Virus record (IMG/VR): IMGVR_UViG_3300036774_000066
Location: 1-64,000 of that record
Length of the DNA: 64,000 nucleotides
Source of the DNA: a virus
Strand: one strand, 5' to 3'
A model generated the notes under the pieces. The model was not told the DNA's origin and did no database searches. It was given only the letters and a program-made list of their open reading frames with translations. Positions 28,099-39,959 of the stretch are shown in pieces. Numbering within the stretch: position 1 is the first letter of the stretch; every line of letters starts with the position of its first letter. Made by a program: the position numbers and the translations under genes.

Positions 28099-30222
28099 CT
28101 ATATTGACGAAAAAAGACCGTAATCTATTCCATTTCTTTCAGTGTCATCAAGAACCCGCACAAGTTTCAATTTCCTTCCATCTTTGCTGTAATTAGCAGG
28201 AACAAGCCAACTCTCATCCTTCTTTTCCTCGGGCCTCATCCCAATAGTAAACACAATATCATTGACAACCTCACTATTTGTTCTCGCTGTTACATAAGAC
28301 GGTTCTGCCTCAACAGCGTTAGCAATAGACCCAACGAGAGCATCACTTACTCCTTTATCACCTTTTGAACCGTCTTCATTTACATCAGGGTGATCTACCT
28401 TTTTTGCATCTGTAAAGTGATTAAGGTTAAACCACTCCCTCTCCAAAATCGAGTATGTGTACATTACAAGTCTATCTTCATAAATCAAATCTACTGCCAA
28501 AAGATAGGCCGAATCGTCTTTATCGACGGACCTCCTTGCTGCATTAAATTGATTGGCAGTAAATATTTGAATTGTGTCTTCACTTTGAAATTGGTCCAGG
28601 GTGATCTTCCCAAACCTCATTCCCATCAGGCGCAACATAAAGAAAAACTCTCGTATCTTTGCAAAAGAGATTCTATCTGGATTCTTAGGAGCAATTATCG
28701 AAAGCACAATATCCGTCTCTATCTTCGGTATCCTTAACAAAGTATTAGGGTCTTCTATCATTTCTGAAATATGCACAATGGCAAGCCCTAACGTATCTCC
28801 TGTTGTTGCATAATCAAGGTGTGCATATCTCAAGGCTTCCGGGTGCCTCTTCAAACCACGATATACTTTTCTTCCCTCTTCTATCGTCTCATTAAACAAA
28901 ATATCGGGCTTAAAATAATCCGATAGATGTTGTTGGGTCTTCAAAGAAATAGTGAATGTCTCTTTAGTAAACGGATGCTGTATATCAGAGGAAATACACT
29001 TCTGCCACGCAAACTTAGAGGAAAACAACTTACCAGAAGGAGAAATCGACACACCACCAATGTTTCTTAATGCTCCGTAAATATCATCACGGAAGTTCTG
29101 CTTAAAATCCTTGGGAACAGAGATAAAATTGTCAACAAACTTCAATGGTAACTCAGACATTACTCTGCTAATAGCAACATCCGTATTTATGTCTACACCA
29201 GCGGCGACCAACTTATCCCTTGTCTCAAGTACCTTTATCCTAACACTATCCGAACCCATTGTTATCAGGTCATTGACAGATTCAATAAGAAAGGCATCCT
29301 CTTTCTCCGTTCCTTTGAACACATAAAATCTTTCCTCAGAATAATTCCCCGGCTTTACATCCCACAAAGTTGTGATGTAGATAGTCGCCGTATTATACTG
29401 AGTTGCTTGACGTATACGTGAAGATACAAAGGAAGACTGAATTGACGCAGATGAAATAATAGCAGAAAATCCGGGGTCATATCCTTTCATCATAAAACGA
29501 GACATACGACGGTCAGTTACTTCTCTGTAAATCTTAGATGCTTTGTTAGCATCCCCAACCGTTGCAGCACCAGACCCACCTCTGCGGTAAAAGTCTGCCT
29601 CGTCCATGATGCAGCCGAACAAGTTAGTTGATATAACGGAGAGGTTATCAGAACCGGGGAGAATAGCAATGCGCTGTGGAAATTTCAAAACAGACTTGAA
29701 TGTTCTGTCTCGTGGAAACTCTTTTCGGAAGTACGGTATCGAATCCACCATTGACCGGAACTGCCCAAACCCCACCCTTTCCGCATGTGTCATGTTAATA
29801 GACAAATAAGCAAACACTATGTCCGTCATATCGGACAAACCAAATAACCTCTGCGGAAAATCATAACATGACAACTCATACAGCTTTCTCAGCCAACATA
29901 CAAAAGCGAATGTAGTCTTGCCTGCCCCGATGCTTCCTGACAAAATTAGTTCTGGTTTCTTAGAATTTATATACCTCGGCAATGCCTCTTTCCAATAGGG
30001 GTACAAGTCCTTTGCAAGAGAACCCAAGAAGTATGTATAGTTTACCCAATTGTCAATCGGGACCATCTCTTTAACTTGGGTCGCTGTTAAAACACCAGAC
30101 TCTTGAGAAATAGCACTGCCAAGCAAGTTCTCAATTGCTGAAAACTGATCGTCTGGAACACCCTCAAAAAACTTGAGAGTGTCCGCAGAAATCTTCTCCG
30201 ACAAGTCTTCTTTTTTATTCAT
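28099..30222 (-). CDS. terL: terminase large subunit
   Basis: Walker A GSIGAGKT, Walker B CIMDE, RNase H-like HLDYATTGD, DQFQS, KVDHP..VSDAL. Confidence 0.92.
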   Translation of the reverse strand: MNKKEDLSEKISADTLKFFEGVPDDQFSAIENLLGSAISQESGVLTATQVKEMVPIDNWVNYTYFLGSLAKDLYPYWKEALPRYINSKKPELILSGSIGAGKTTFAFVCWLRKLYELSCYDFPQRLFGLSDMTDIVFAYLSINMTHAERVGFGQFRSMVDSIPYFRKEFPRDRTFKSVLKFPQRIAILPGSDNLSVISTNLFGCIMDEADFYRRGGSGAATVGDANKASKIYREVTDRRMSRFMMKGYDPGFSAIISSASIQSSFVSSRIRQATQYNTATIYITTLWDVKPGNYSEERFYVFKGTEKEDAFLIESVNDLITMGSDSVRIKVLETRDKLVAAGVDINTDVAISRVMSELPLKFVDNFISVPKDFKQNFRDDIYGALRNIGGVSISPSGKLFSSKFAWQKCISSDIQHPFTKETFTISLKTQQHLSDYFKPDILFNETIEEGRKVYRGLKRHPEALRYAHLDYATTGDTLGLAIVHISEMIEDPNTLLRIPKIETDIVLSIIAPKNPDRISFAKIREFFFMLRLMGMRFGKITLDQFQSEDTIQIFTANQFNAARRSVDKDDSAYLLAVDLIYEDRLVMYTYSILEREWFNLNHFTDAKKVDHPDVNEDGSKGDKGVSDALVGSIANAVEAEPSYVTARTNSEVVNDIVFTIGMRPEEKKDESWLVPANYSKDGRKLKLVRVLDDTERNGIDYGLFSSI

Positions 30223-31784
30223 GACAATGCAACGCTTGTCGTATCGTCAAGATCACTATAATCAGCAGGAGGTTCTGGCTCCTTAATGTGATCCTCTATA
30301 TTGACAACATCCTCGGCAGAAGCAGACAAATTCTCTTGATCTTCCATGTGTTACTCCTTTGTTAATGTTCTCTTCAGCAGTTTATCTTGTAAAGTTTTCA
30401 AGTGTTCGTCTGGCTCTACCATCTTCCCCGGCTTTACCTCTTCCACTGGAGGAGTCTTCCATGCCCCGTCACAACAAGGCTTACTTACACCCATGCCATG
30501 TGTACGCATCGGATTGTCCCTATTCATACTGCTCACCTTTCCAGTAAATCGTCTTCGTTAAGGCCACACTGCGGACACTTGTTTACAGGCACTAACCCGC
30601 AAACAGAACAAAGCCACTTCAAGTCTGAAGTAATCTTTGCTTTTTCAATACTATCACCAGATTCTTCTACAAGGCCAGAAATAAATCCTTCGTCATGATC
30701 GACATGATGGATATTGTAAACTTCAATTTCCAGCAGGGTGAAATTGAGTACAATGAGGGTAAAGGAGAACCGTGGGTTATGATCCCCCTTGTAAACATCC
30801 AACTTTACGGAAAAGTCACAAAAATCTATGCCGTCTCTAAAGTCCCGCACCAAATAAAAAGCCGCAATCTCAAAGGCATAGTTTTTACTGACCTTTTTGC
30901 TTAGACACAACAATTTTCTTCCCTTGATCTTTACACTTGCCATACTTCTCTGAGCAAACCCAACGATGCTTATGAAAAGTCTCACAATCGCAAGGCTTTC
31001 CAAGATTTTTCATTGTTGATTTTCGGTTGCACTCACGCATTAAAGCAACTGCCTCCTTGGAGCACCACACTGAACTTCACAAATTCTACTCTCCTTAACA
31101 CACCAACATTCCAATGGTACTGCGTGCCTACAAACTATAACCGCAGACTTCTCTCCCAAATCTTCAAAATTTCGTTCTTGAAAAGTCTGTCCTTGTGGAT
31201 ACAAACCATACCCTTTTCCAAATCCTCTTCTCTTAGGCAAAGCACTACACTCTAAAAATTCCTTCATAGTTTGTTGAGAATGTAAAGATTCTCCGCTTTG
31301 CGCATCTACACACCTATCCCCGTTTCTCAATCTCTTATCCCCAGGAACCCACCTTAACTTTGTACGACTCAAATCCTCAATGTCAAGGCTTCCCTCTTCA
31401 ATACACCTACCACGACTGTCATACAATCTGAACCGCAATCTTTTCTTTGCTTCCTCTGAACTCTGCTGAAATATCTTCATTCCCGCGCATTCTTTACACT
31501 TTTTCTTGTCATCATTGTGATACACTGTAACCCAATGACCATCATGATCCAAAACGTCAAGCGTCCAAGACTTGTTTCTGCTGTCCCATACAAACCCATG
31601 CATCCCCCTCATACTTCTTCTCCCTCACCTTCACAAGCAGACAATCTTACTAATCTTGGATAAAACGTCCTGTGATACACAGACTGAATATACCTCGTGC
31701 AATGATGAGGCATCTTACTCTCTGGAAAGTTTTCTGTCCCACTCTCTTTCGGAGTAAGATTCTCACAATTCTCTTTACAAAACT

Positions 31785-32027
31785 TCACTTCACATGCTTT
31801 TCCAAATAGTCAATTGCGTCTTTTACAGACTTGATACTTTCCCAAGCCTCATCAGGTATTTCTATGTCAAAGGTATCCTCAAAATCCATCACAACTTCTA
31901 CTATGTCAAGGGAGTCTGCACCAAGATCACCTTCAAAAAGCATCTCCTCTTGAATCTTCGACCGAGTTACTCCGAGTTTCTTCTCCAACGTCTCAAACAC
32001 CTTCTCTTTAATTACTGCCCTTTCCAT
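31785..32027 (-). CDS. acpP: acyl carrier protein
   Basis: DLGADSLDIVE phosphopantetheine motif; FDIEIPDE. Confidence 0.95.
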   Translation of the reverse strand: MERAVIKEKVFETLEKKLGVTRSKIQEEMLFEGDLGADSLDIVEVVMDFEDTFDIEIPDEAWESIKSVKDAIDYLEKHVK

Positions 32028-32044
32028 GCGATTCTTCCTTTCTT

Positions 32045-32449
32045 CTATATGTCAACCTCAAACACTCCTAACCTTCCAATAACAGGGATAGGTTTTTCAA
32101 GTTTTTCTATATTATTCAAAAATAAACCAAACCTTCTTGTCTTCTCACAGTCAATCATAGCCGCCTTTGAATGCTCACCCTCCAACCAACCTACCTTATA
32201 CACCCATGCAGTACAGAGGATAACTCCGCGAAGATCAAGGTACTCTAACGAGTTAATTACCCCTGCTATTGTAGTATATGGCAAAGCAAGACTTCCTGCA
32301 CGAGTATCAATCTTCTTTGTGGAACAAATAGCAATCCTCTGATCCACAAGACCTCTGAATCTGCTATGTGTCCGTGTCTCAATTGTCTTAAACCCTTCCG
32401 CAATCCACGAGGCCCAAGGTTGATAAATAGAAATAGCTTTGTACTTCAT
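32045..32449 (-). CDS. ASCH domain protein
   Basis: AISIYQPWASWIAEGFKTIETR...GRLGVF. Confidence 0.9.
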   Translation of the reverse strand: MKYKAISIYQPWASWIAEGFKTIETRTHSRFRGLVDQRIAICSTKKIDTRAGSLALPYTTIAGVINSLEYLDLRGVILCTAWVYKVGWLEGEHSKAAMIDCEKTRRFGLFLNNIEKLEKPIPVIGRLGVFEVDI

Positions 32450-35074
32450 TGCCTAATCTTCCCCTCTAACGTCTCACATGCATCCTCACACTCTTTCCTT
32501 GACCCGTAGTAAAACGGAACAAAGTCAGAACATCTTTCTGGTGTCTTTGCATTCCCCAACAACATCTCGGTATTCGTATTCACTGCCTCACCCAATGTCT
32601 CTATGTGAAATGCCTTCTGTGAAGCAGAATATTCAGCAAGGCAAATAGGAAAGGCCAACAACTTCTCTTTCAAAGCGTTCCAGATTCTACACACATCGTC
32701 ATGCACCTGTCCAGGCAACTCCAATGCAAGACATCGAACACACTTCTCCATCTCATCAAGTTCTGGCATAGTGCCCATACTCACTCCTCTGTCAACTCAG
32801 AGTGCATCTTCTTGATATGTCGCCGGAGTAACCGTAAAGCCTCACCAGCAGTAAATCCATGCTCTCGGTCTTTTCCAATCATCACCTTAAACTCCCGACA
32901 CACAGCACAATGAAGCAAGTACCCGATACGGTCATCCCCAAAAACTTCCCCTATCTTCTTTGCCATCGGACTTCTCCCTCAATTTCCTTTCCTCGCGTGC
33001 GTGCGCGTGCGCCTACATGCGAACGTCTGCGCGGGTAAGGTCTTCACACCCCTGCTTCATCCGCTTCCCTACAAGCCTTTCCCGTGGTCCATCCGGTTTC
33101 TTATCGGGAGAGGAAGAAGACCCCTGTGCCTTCACAGAATCACTGGTTGTTCCTTCCTCAAAAGGAAACCCCTCTCTTCTTATCCACGTCAAAGGGTCAA
33201 CAACATCTTTATCTTTTTTGTAAGCTGGATTATTTGCCCCACAGCGAATACAAAATTTCTTATTCTCATAGGTATAATACTGAGCATCCTCATAACCTCG
33301 AAACGCATTCAAAACTCTTTTCGTCTCTCCAGTATAAGCCTTGACAACAAACCTATGACCAAACAACAGACAAATCAGCTTTGTCAACATAAAATCACCT
33401 TTCTGATATGCTACTCCAAATCAAGCGTTGTCTGCTTTTTCATGTACTCTTCAATACGCTTTTTTCTCTCTATCCTCTCTGCTTTCCGATCTTCTTTGTC
33501 CTTCTTCGCCAGTGCCTTCAAATCCTCCACATTGACAGGACGGTCATTCTTGTAATCCCAAATATACTCAGTTACCTTTCCATCTGCACCCCTGAAACGT
33601 ATTCCTCCATACGCTTTGCATATCATCCTAAGTCCTGCACCCATCATTCCTCCTCATAAAAATCTCTGCGCGGACTCCCAAGGGCAGGGACAAGATACCG
33701 AGTACAGCTATCACAAAAGATATTCAAAAACTTGCATTTTGTAACCCGTGTGTCACACACAACAGGCGAAGCAATCCTCTCTGTCAACTTGTCAACTAAC
33801 TCCACCCAATTGTACGCTGGTGAACCTGAACCATCACTAACCCAAATACCAGGAGGAACTTCTTGTCCCACAGGAATACCCTTAATGTCCAGACGTTCCG
33901 CGATTTTTGCCAAGTATGCGCCAAAAACTGTCAAAACGCTCTCCGGGTATTCTGGTCCGGCAACTGTAATGACACTGTGATTTGTCATCCCTGCTGTCCC
34001 TTCTTTTTCTCTTCCCATGCCGCCTTAACAATACGTAATGCATCATCACGAATAATAGTCCTATATGCCCGAACCCCCTTGGCAACCTCTTTGTCAATTT
34101 CCCGTGCGTGCTCCCCACAATACTTCTGAAAGCAGACGCATCCGCAGATTACGCACTTCTTGGACATCTTAGCCATAGAAACACCTTCTTACTACTCACT
34201 ATGTCTATCCGCAGTTGGACCTTCTGTATGAGGATTATACATCTCCCACTGGTCAGTCCTTCGGTTATACCTTGACAAACCGACAACATTTTGCGGTTGC
34301 CGTCTCTCAAGATTCTGCTTGCTGTAGGTATAATCACCAATGCGGACAGAATCACCGATTACATGAAACTGCAATTCAGACATATCAATAGCTTCCTGTC
34401 AATCTACGAAAAAGATCAACGTCCTTTGGTCTTGACTTGACCTTCAAAGTAAAAGACTCCCCTCCTAAACTCACTTGGTCAAACGTAACCATTTCCCCGT
34501 TATGCATCTTGAATGTATCTCGATAATTACTCACACTTCCAGCAGAGACAAGTATCTTTCTTCCTGAAGGGTCAAGTGTTCTTCTCATTGCAGAATGTTC
34601 CGTAACATCAGGAAATATGAAAAGGTCTTCCGGCGCATTCTCCGAGTCCTTAAAAACAATGTATTTCATGTCAACCTCCAATCAAAATACCCTTGCCTCT
34701 GCACTATTTGGAGACACAGCCGTTTGCTTCTTTCTTCGCATCTTTACAACTTTTAGACCATACTCTTCGGCTATGTTATTCATCAGGGTTTTCAGGTCTT
34801 CCACTTTATTCGGGTCTTTCGACCAATGCCCCGCATGTCCCAACACATACGCTGTATTCCCACCAACCAAAAGCATTCGGTATCCGTCTGCATGATGAGA
34901 TTCTATTGCTGTTGCTGCATTGCAATGATTCCCCGAAGATATATCTACTGGTCTTCCTCGTGTCGTCTGTAAATGCAAGACTGCCTCGTATACCTTCTTT
35001 CCAAACTCCGGGTCATCTCGGATCAGGTGCAAGGCATCATTCAAAACCAGCAACGTAGAGTTGAATCCCATAAA

Positions 35075-35440
35075 TCAATCCTTCCGTCTTAAAAAATTTG
35101 AGTGAGTATCATCAGAACAATCACGGCACTTGTTTGAGATAGCCCGGCGAACCTCCTCCGGTGCAGAACCAAGATAATGACACTCCACACACTCACCCTT
35201 ACGTGTAGGCTTTTTCCTTCTGTTCCACACTTCCCTAAATGTCAATCCCTCTCGGGAAAACCTTGTAGAGTCTGAAAACCATATCCCACACTGACGACAC
35301 GAGATTCCATAACCTCTGTCATCAAGGTCCGTACTTCCACACAAAGGGCAAGGCTCTAAAGCCTCCCGTACAGAACTACCCGATTCCTTCTTCCTGTCTA
35401 TCAGTTTCTTTGTCACAATCCTCTCCTTCTGAAAACGCAT
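35075..35440 (-). CDS. Lar-like (restriction alleviation) Zn-ribbon protein
   Basis: LEPCPLCGS...CRQCG...WNRR. Confidence 0.6.
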   Translation of the reverse strand: MRFQKERIVTKKLIDRKKESGSSVREALEPCPLCGSTDLDDRGYGISCRQCGIWFSDSTRFSREGLTFREVWNRRKKPTRKGECVECHYLGSAPEEVRRAISNKCRDCSDDTHSNFLRRKD

Positions 35441-35870
35441 CCTCGTAGTCTATTGACATACAAAAAGCCGCAAACTGTTCCCACCACTCCCCATAAGGCA
35501 TCTTCTCGGGAAAACGCTCTGGAGTCTTTTTCTGCTCGGCCTTCCAGTAATGCACAAACCGCATCAAGTCATCCTGCTCACCCTCTATGAATTTCCCCAA
35601 ATCAATCTCATTCTCCTCCGGTGGACTCTCCGATTGTGTCCACTCATTCCACGCCAATATCGCTGCTACCTCAGACGTTGTTCCAGTTTCAGGACCAGAC
35701 CAGCAATGCCTTTTGTCACATCCGCACACGTAAACACCCTCACTGTACTCCTGCACACTGGCAGAACCACCACAGCGTTTACACCTCAGAATCTCGGGCG
35801 GCAGTGTATTCTTTGCTCTCATACTAATCTCGCTCGGTGAAACCATTCGGTTAATTGACCTGTCGGGCAT
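35376..35870 (-). CDS. Lar-like Zn-ribbon fusion protein
   Basis: CKRCGG...CGC...AAILAWN. Confidence 0.5.
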   Translation of the reverse strand: MPDRSINRMVSPSEISMRAKNTLPPEILRCKRCGGSASVQEYSEGVYVCGCDKRHCWSGPETGTTSEVAAILAWNEWTQSESPPEENEIDLGKFIEGEQDDLMRFVHYWKAEQKKTPERFPEKMPYGEWWEQFAAFCMSIDYEDAFSEGEDCDKETDRQEEGIG

Positions 35871-37240
35871 AGTTATGCTCCTTCGGAGTACAGCAATTTA
35901 CACCTCTTCACATCCGCTTCCATTTCCTCTCGAATTATCTTCCTCGCTGCAACCAACCCATCAAATACTTTTTCTTCTTTACTTAAATTCTCAATCGCAA
36001 TGTTGATCCTGTTAATGATCCTTCCAAGACAAGACCAAGGAACAAACTCTTCCTTCTTGTCAGGAATTTCTTGGGCTTGTGTGTTCTTGTCCAACGCCTC
36101 TGTCAAAGTCTGAATTGAACTCACCAAACAGTCAAGATGACGTGACGCATTTTCACCAAAATGTATCTCTGTTGAATCAGCCATTGTGGTTCTCCTTAGA
36201 CAACAAGTTGGACTTCTCCTCTGTAAACTCCACCTCTTCGGCATTACCCTTCCATCTCTTCACGGGTGCTTGATGTTTAAGAAAACTTGCAGGAATACCA
36301 ACGGCAAGGGCAACCCTGTCTGCCATCTGGTTAATAATCCTGTCAAAGTCGATATTCCCGTATGTCATCCACACATTCAGCATAGTTACCCTCCCACATC
36401 CTCTATTTTCTCAGACTCAAGAAGTTCGTGGACCCCAACACCAATCTGCACCCCGCATTCAACCGCGTCCTCAATACACCCCTGAATCTCGTAGTAGTAT
36501 GACGTAAACTTCTTCACAAACCCCGTAGTATCATTCCACCTGTCAAACAAGTTCAAGGCGCGTCTCTTTGCAAAGTCTACTTCGCCTTTGGTGCAACCCA
36601 TAAACTATTCCTCCACCTTATCCCATTCATCCGCGTCCATCAACGCCTTCATGACTGCCCTCTTGGTTTCTCTCCGGGCTTCATTGTATCCCTTTTCAAA
36701 GCAAAACTGCTGCTCTGAATGTAAACCACCAGTTCCAACTCTGGGTAACGTCCGTGGCTTCTTGACCTTCGCGTTCTTAATAATCCTGTAGATTTTCCTC
36801 ATGTCCTTGATTGTCACCATAAGTCACTCCTCTTTACAAACTTCGCATTCATCTCCTCCCACACAGCTTTGCAGCAATCACATCCGTTCTTATCCGGTGC
36901 AAACTGGCACACAAACTTCGCCGGACAGTCTTGACACTTAACAGTATTTTCTTGTTTCTTCGGCTCTGATTTTTTCTTGCTCATACTATCTACTTCCTTT
37001 GGTTTTTCACACTCTCCACAGTTAATACAATGTAATATTCTCGGTGCCTTGACACACCAGATTCTATTTGCCATATTGAACAACCTCCTCACTTCCAAGC
37101 AATAACAAGATGTCCACACAAAACAAGTTTACAAACAATAAAACAGACTACCCACACCGGAATAAACGTCAGACAAAACACCTTAAATTGTCTTCTTCGC
37201 TCGTATTTCTCCCATGCTGCCCAACGGACTCTTAGCATAG

Positions 37241-37648
37241 TTAATCCTCACACAAAGGAAACATGCCTAAGTGCAGATTCAGCTTTTCAAGATGTTCTTT
37301 CAACTCCACCATACTTTTCTTCCCAAACCCAAAATTAAAACGACGTAAATCCCATTCTGTGTGTCTTACCAAATCAAAATACGTGACAATTCCAAGGTTG
37401 TGAAAAAGAACATAGTGTCTTACGCGCAATTCGTTAGTGTCTATCTTCTTTTTAAGCAACTCACACATATCAGACTTAATATCACACTCTGCAACCGTAG
37501 CATCATCTCTCGCCCTCTTTTCCTCCTCTACCAACCTATCAAACTCCTTCAAAGCAACTTGATACATAAAGCCCAAGACATCATCTGGAATAGTAGAATC
37601 TACTTTTCGTATCCGCACATAAGCATTAGCAATGTCGGACCTCTTCAT
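37241..37648 (-). CDS. protein with an RNA polymerase alpha-subunit C-terminal domain (alpha-CTD)-like module
   Basis: IDTNELRVRHYVLFHNLGIVTYFDLV..TEWDL...FGKKSMVELKEHL..LNLHLGM parallels the RpoA CTD pattern LSVR..NCL...GI....DLV..TE.DL...FG.KSL.EIK..L...GL.LGM. Confidence 0.75.
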   Translation of the reverse strand: MKRSDIANAYVRIRKVDSTIPDDVLGFMYQVALKEFDRLVEEEKRARDDATVAECDIKSDMCELLKKKIDTNELRVRHYVLFHNLGIVTYFDLVRHTEWDLRRFNFGFGKKSMVELKEHLEKLNLHLGMFPLCED

Positions 37649-39021
37649 AACATGCTCCCTTACTCAGAAACACCAAAGGTTACATCAAACTGACCAAGGG
37701 AATCAGGGTGTTCTCCCCACCACTCAACATTGCACTCCTCTAATTTACAATCGGCCTTTCCGTCCGGGTAAACGCGCACGCACTTGTTACACCAGACACA
37801 AGCCTTCTTTAGATGATTTTCTCTGGCTTTACTCACTTCACATTTCCTCCAACAAACCTTCCTGCACAGTATTGGTTTTCACAAACAGCTTTCTCTCCAA
37901 GGCAATTACTCTCACCCCGACACCTTTCTTAATTGACAATGCTGCGGCTTCCCTTACAGCGTCATCATAGTTTGACATCCCGCCCAATGATTTTTCAATT
38001 GCCTCTTTGTAATTTGATGGCACCGGGTAGCTTGGCGCGGGAATAGCCTTTATCTCAATAGACTTTTCATCTTCTGTTACCAAAAAATACTCTTTCATAG
38101 TTGGGCTCCTTTACTTTACAACAATGCATCCACGGCAAATCACCTCAGACCACGGGGCTTTTATTCCACACGCAACAGGTACTTTCTCTATTAACCTGTA
38201 AACATGAGTAATACCCAAGTATTTCATCTCATTCACCGCGTTTTTCAAAACTTCTGCGTGTATTTCCGGGTCGTTTGACATTGGAGATTTACACCGGAAA
38301 CTAAGTTTCCACGTTATGCACTGCCTCGGTACAGTCTTTCCTTCTGCCGCAACTGCAAATAGCGACGTATGTACTTTCACAAAATCAGCAGGCACAATCA
38401 AGTCCCTTTCAATTTTCTCTTCATCCGTCTCCGTCCAACCGTTTTTCTTAGCTTCTTCTATTATCAATGCAAGTCCAAAGGACATATCTTCAATTCCTTC
38501 CTGTAAATCTGAATCCGGTCGTCTTGGCGCATCATAGCAAAACTCACTCATCTTTTCCTCCGGTTTTCTCTTGTTGTATCTTCTCTGTTAGTTCTTTCTT
38601 TGAATACATCCCATCACAGACTTGACAAACCATCCATTTCTTTCCAACATTTACCATTGACCTTTCATATACCCACTTTCCACAACAATCACATGGCTCC
38701 ATAGCTTCTCTCCTTATTCTCCCTGTTCATCGACCCACTTTACAAAGTCATGTAATACCCAATTAGGCGTATCCTTATTCGCGTCGATATACCTTCTTAC
38801 AAGGGCAGGCAATACTTCTTTTAGTGGCTTTTCCAGTTTTGCAAAGCATCTCTCAGCTTCTTCTACTCTTGCTTTAATAAGCCTCAAGTGTGACTCTAAG
38901 GCCGACCGTTCATCTAACTGCTCTTCTTTTTTCTCTGTAGATATTAAAGGTATTCTCACTTCTCCAAACTCATGCGTAACTGATAGACCGGCCTTTCCCG
39001 CCTTGATAATATCATCCATTG

Positions 39022-39429
39022 TCAACATAGTTCCCTCAATCTACGGACAACAAACGACATCTCAACAGGCTCACCAACCCCTTGACCAACAACAATACTA
39101 TCAACAAGGGCGGCAATCTCAGCCTTTAGCTTGTTGGTTGACGTGGAGGGAGAGGCTACCGCCTTCTCAGCGGTAGCAACCGCCTTTGACAAATAAACGG
39201 CTGATCGTTTGCCCGATCCTCCGCATAAGTCACACCGTCCGTTATTACGACGATAGGTACTATTCAATATAATCCCATCACCGTTGCACTTAGGGCAAAT
39301 GTCTGCCTTGCGTTGTTCGCGATAACCAGCAGCAGGTTCCACATCCTCCAGCGCGGCATCCTCCAGCGCGGCATCCTCTGCGTGCAACCACTCCCCCTCG
39401 GTAATCATCTCTCCGTTGTATTCAGACAC
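39022..39429 (-). CDS. CxxCxGxG (DnaJ-type) Zn finger protein
   Basis: CPKCNGDG...CDLCGGSG; 15-bp tandem repeat (EDAAL)x2. Confidence 0.6.
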   Translation of the reverse strand: MSEYNGEMITEGEWLHAEDAALEDAALEDVEPAAGYREQRKADICPKCNGDGIILNSTYRRNNGRCDLCGGSGKRSAVYLSKAVATAEKAVASPSTSTNKLKAEIAALVDSIVVGQGVGEPVEMSFVVRRLRELC

Positions 39430-39494
39430 AAAAGCTCCTTTGTTAAGCCGCGCCTATATGTAAAAATTCAACGCAGCATTTACCACAACGTCCG

Positions 39495-39959
39495 CTAAAC
39501 GGCTGACAGTTGCCGCAAATCAGCAATAATATCAACATATAAATACGGCTCTTTGTTCGTGTCGCACGCACTTACCATCCTATCGGCTATTGCGGCAATT
39601 TTATCTTTTAACTGCTGTACGTCTATGGAAGGAATCTCAGGCATTTCTCCAATCCTGTGACTTTCCAGACACTTCTTTACACACTGCCATCTTTCAATTA
39701 TCTCTCCCCAACCGCGCTGCTTCACAAAAATATCCAGATAATCCACCGCACTTGCAAGTTCTTTCTTTTCTTGGTCAACTACCTTTGGTCTATCCGCAAT
39801 CGGCTCAATTGGTGTAAACACCGCTTCTCCACCAAAACCCTTTACTGCCTCATGTAAACGTGGCAAGTCCCGAACTGGTATCCCGTCCTTAAACATCACT
39901 ACCATTTTCACAGGCATAACTTCTCCTTTATCCCCAAACCCGTCGCGCTTCAAATCCAA
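39495..39959 (-). CDS. hypothetical protein whose 3' end is an attC-like palindrome
   Basis: C-terminus QQLKDKIAA..LRQLSAV is encoded by inverted arms. Confidence 0.5.
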   Translation of the reverse strand: MDLKRDGFGDKGEVMPVKMVVMFKDGIPVRDLPRLHEAVKGFGGEAVFTPIEPIADRPKVVDQEKKELASAVDYLDIFVKQRGWGEIIERWQCVKKCLESHRIGEMPEIPSIDVQQLKDKIAAIADRMVSACDTNKEPYLYVDIIADLRQLSAV

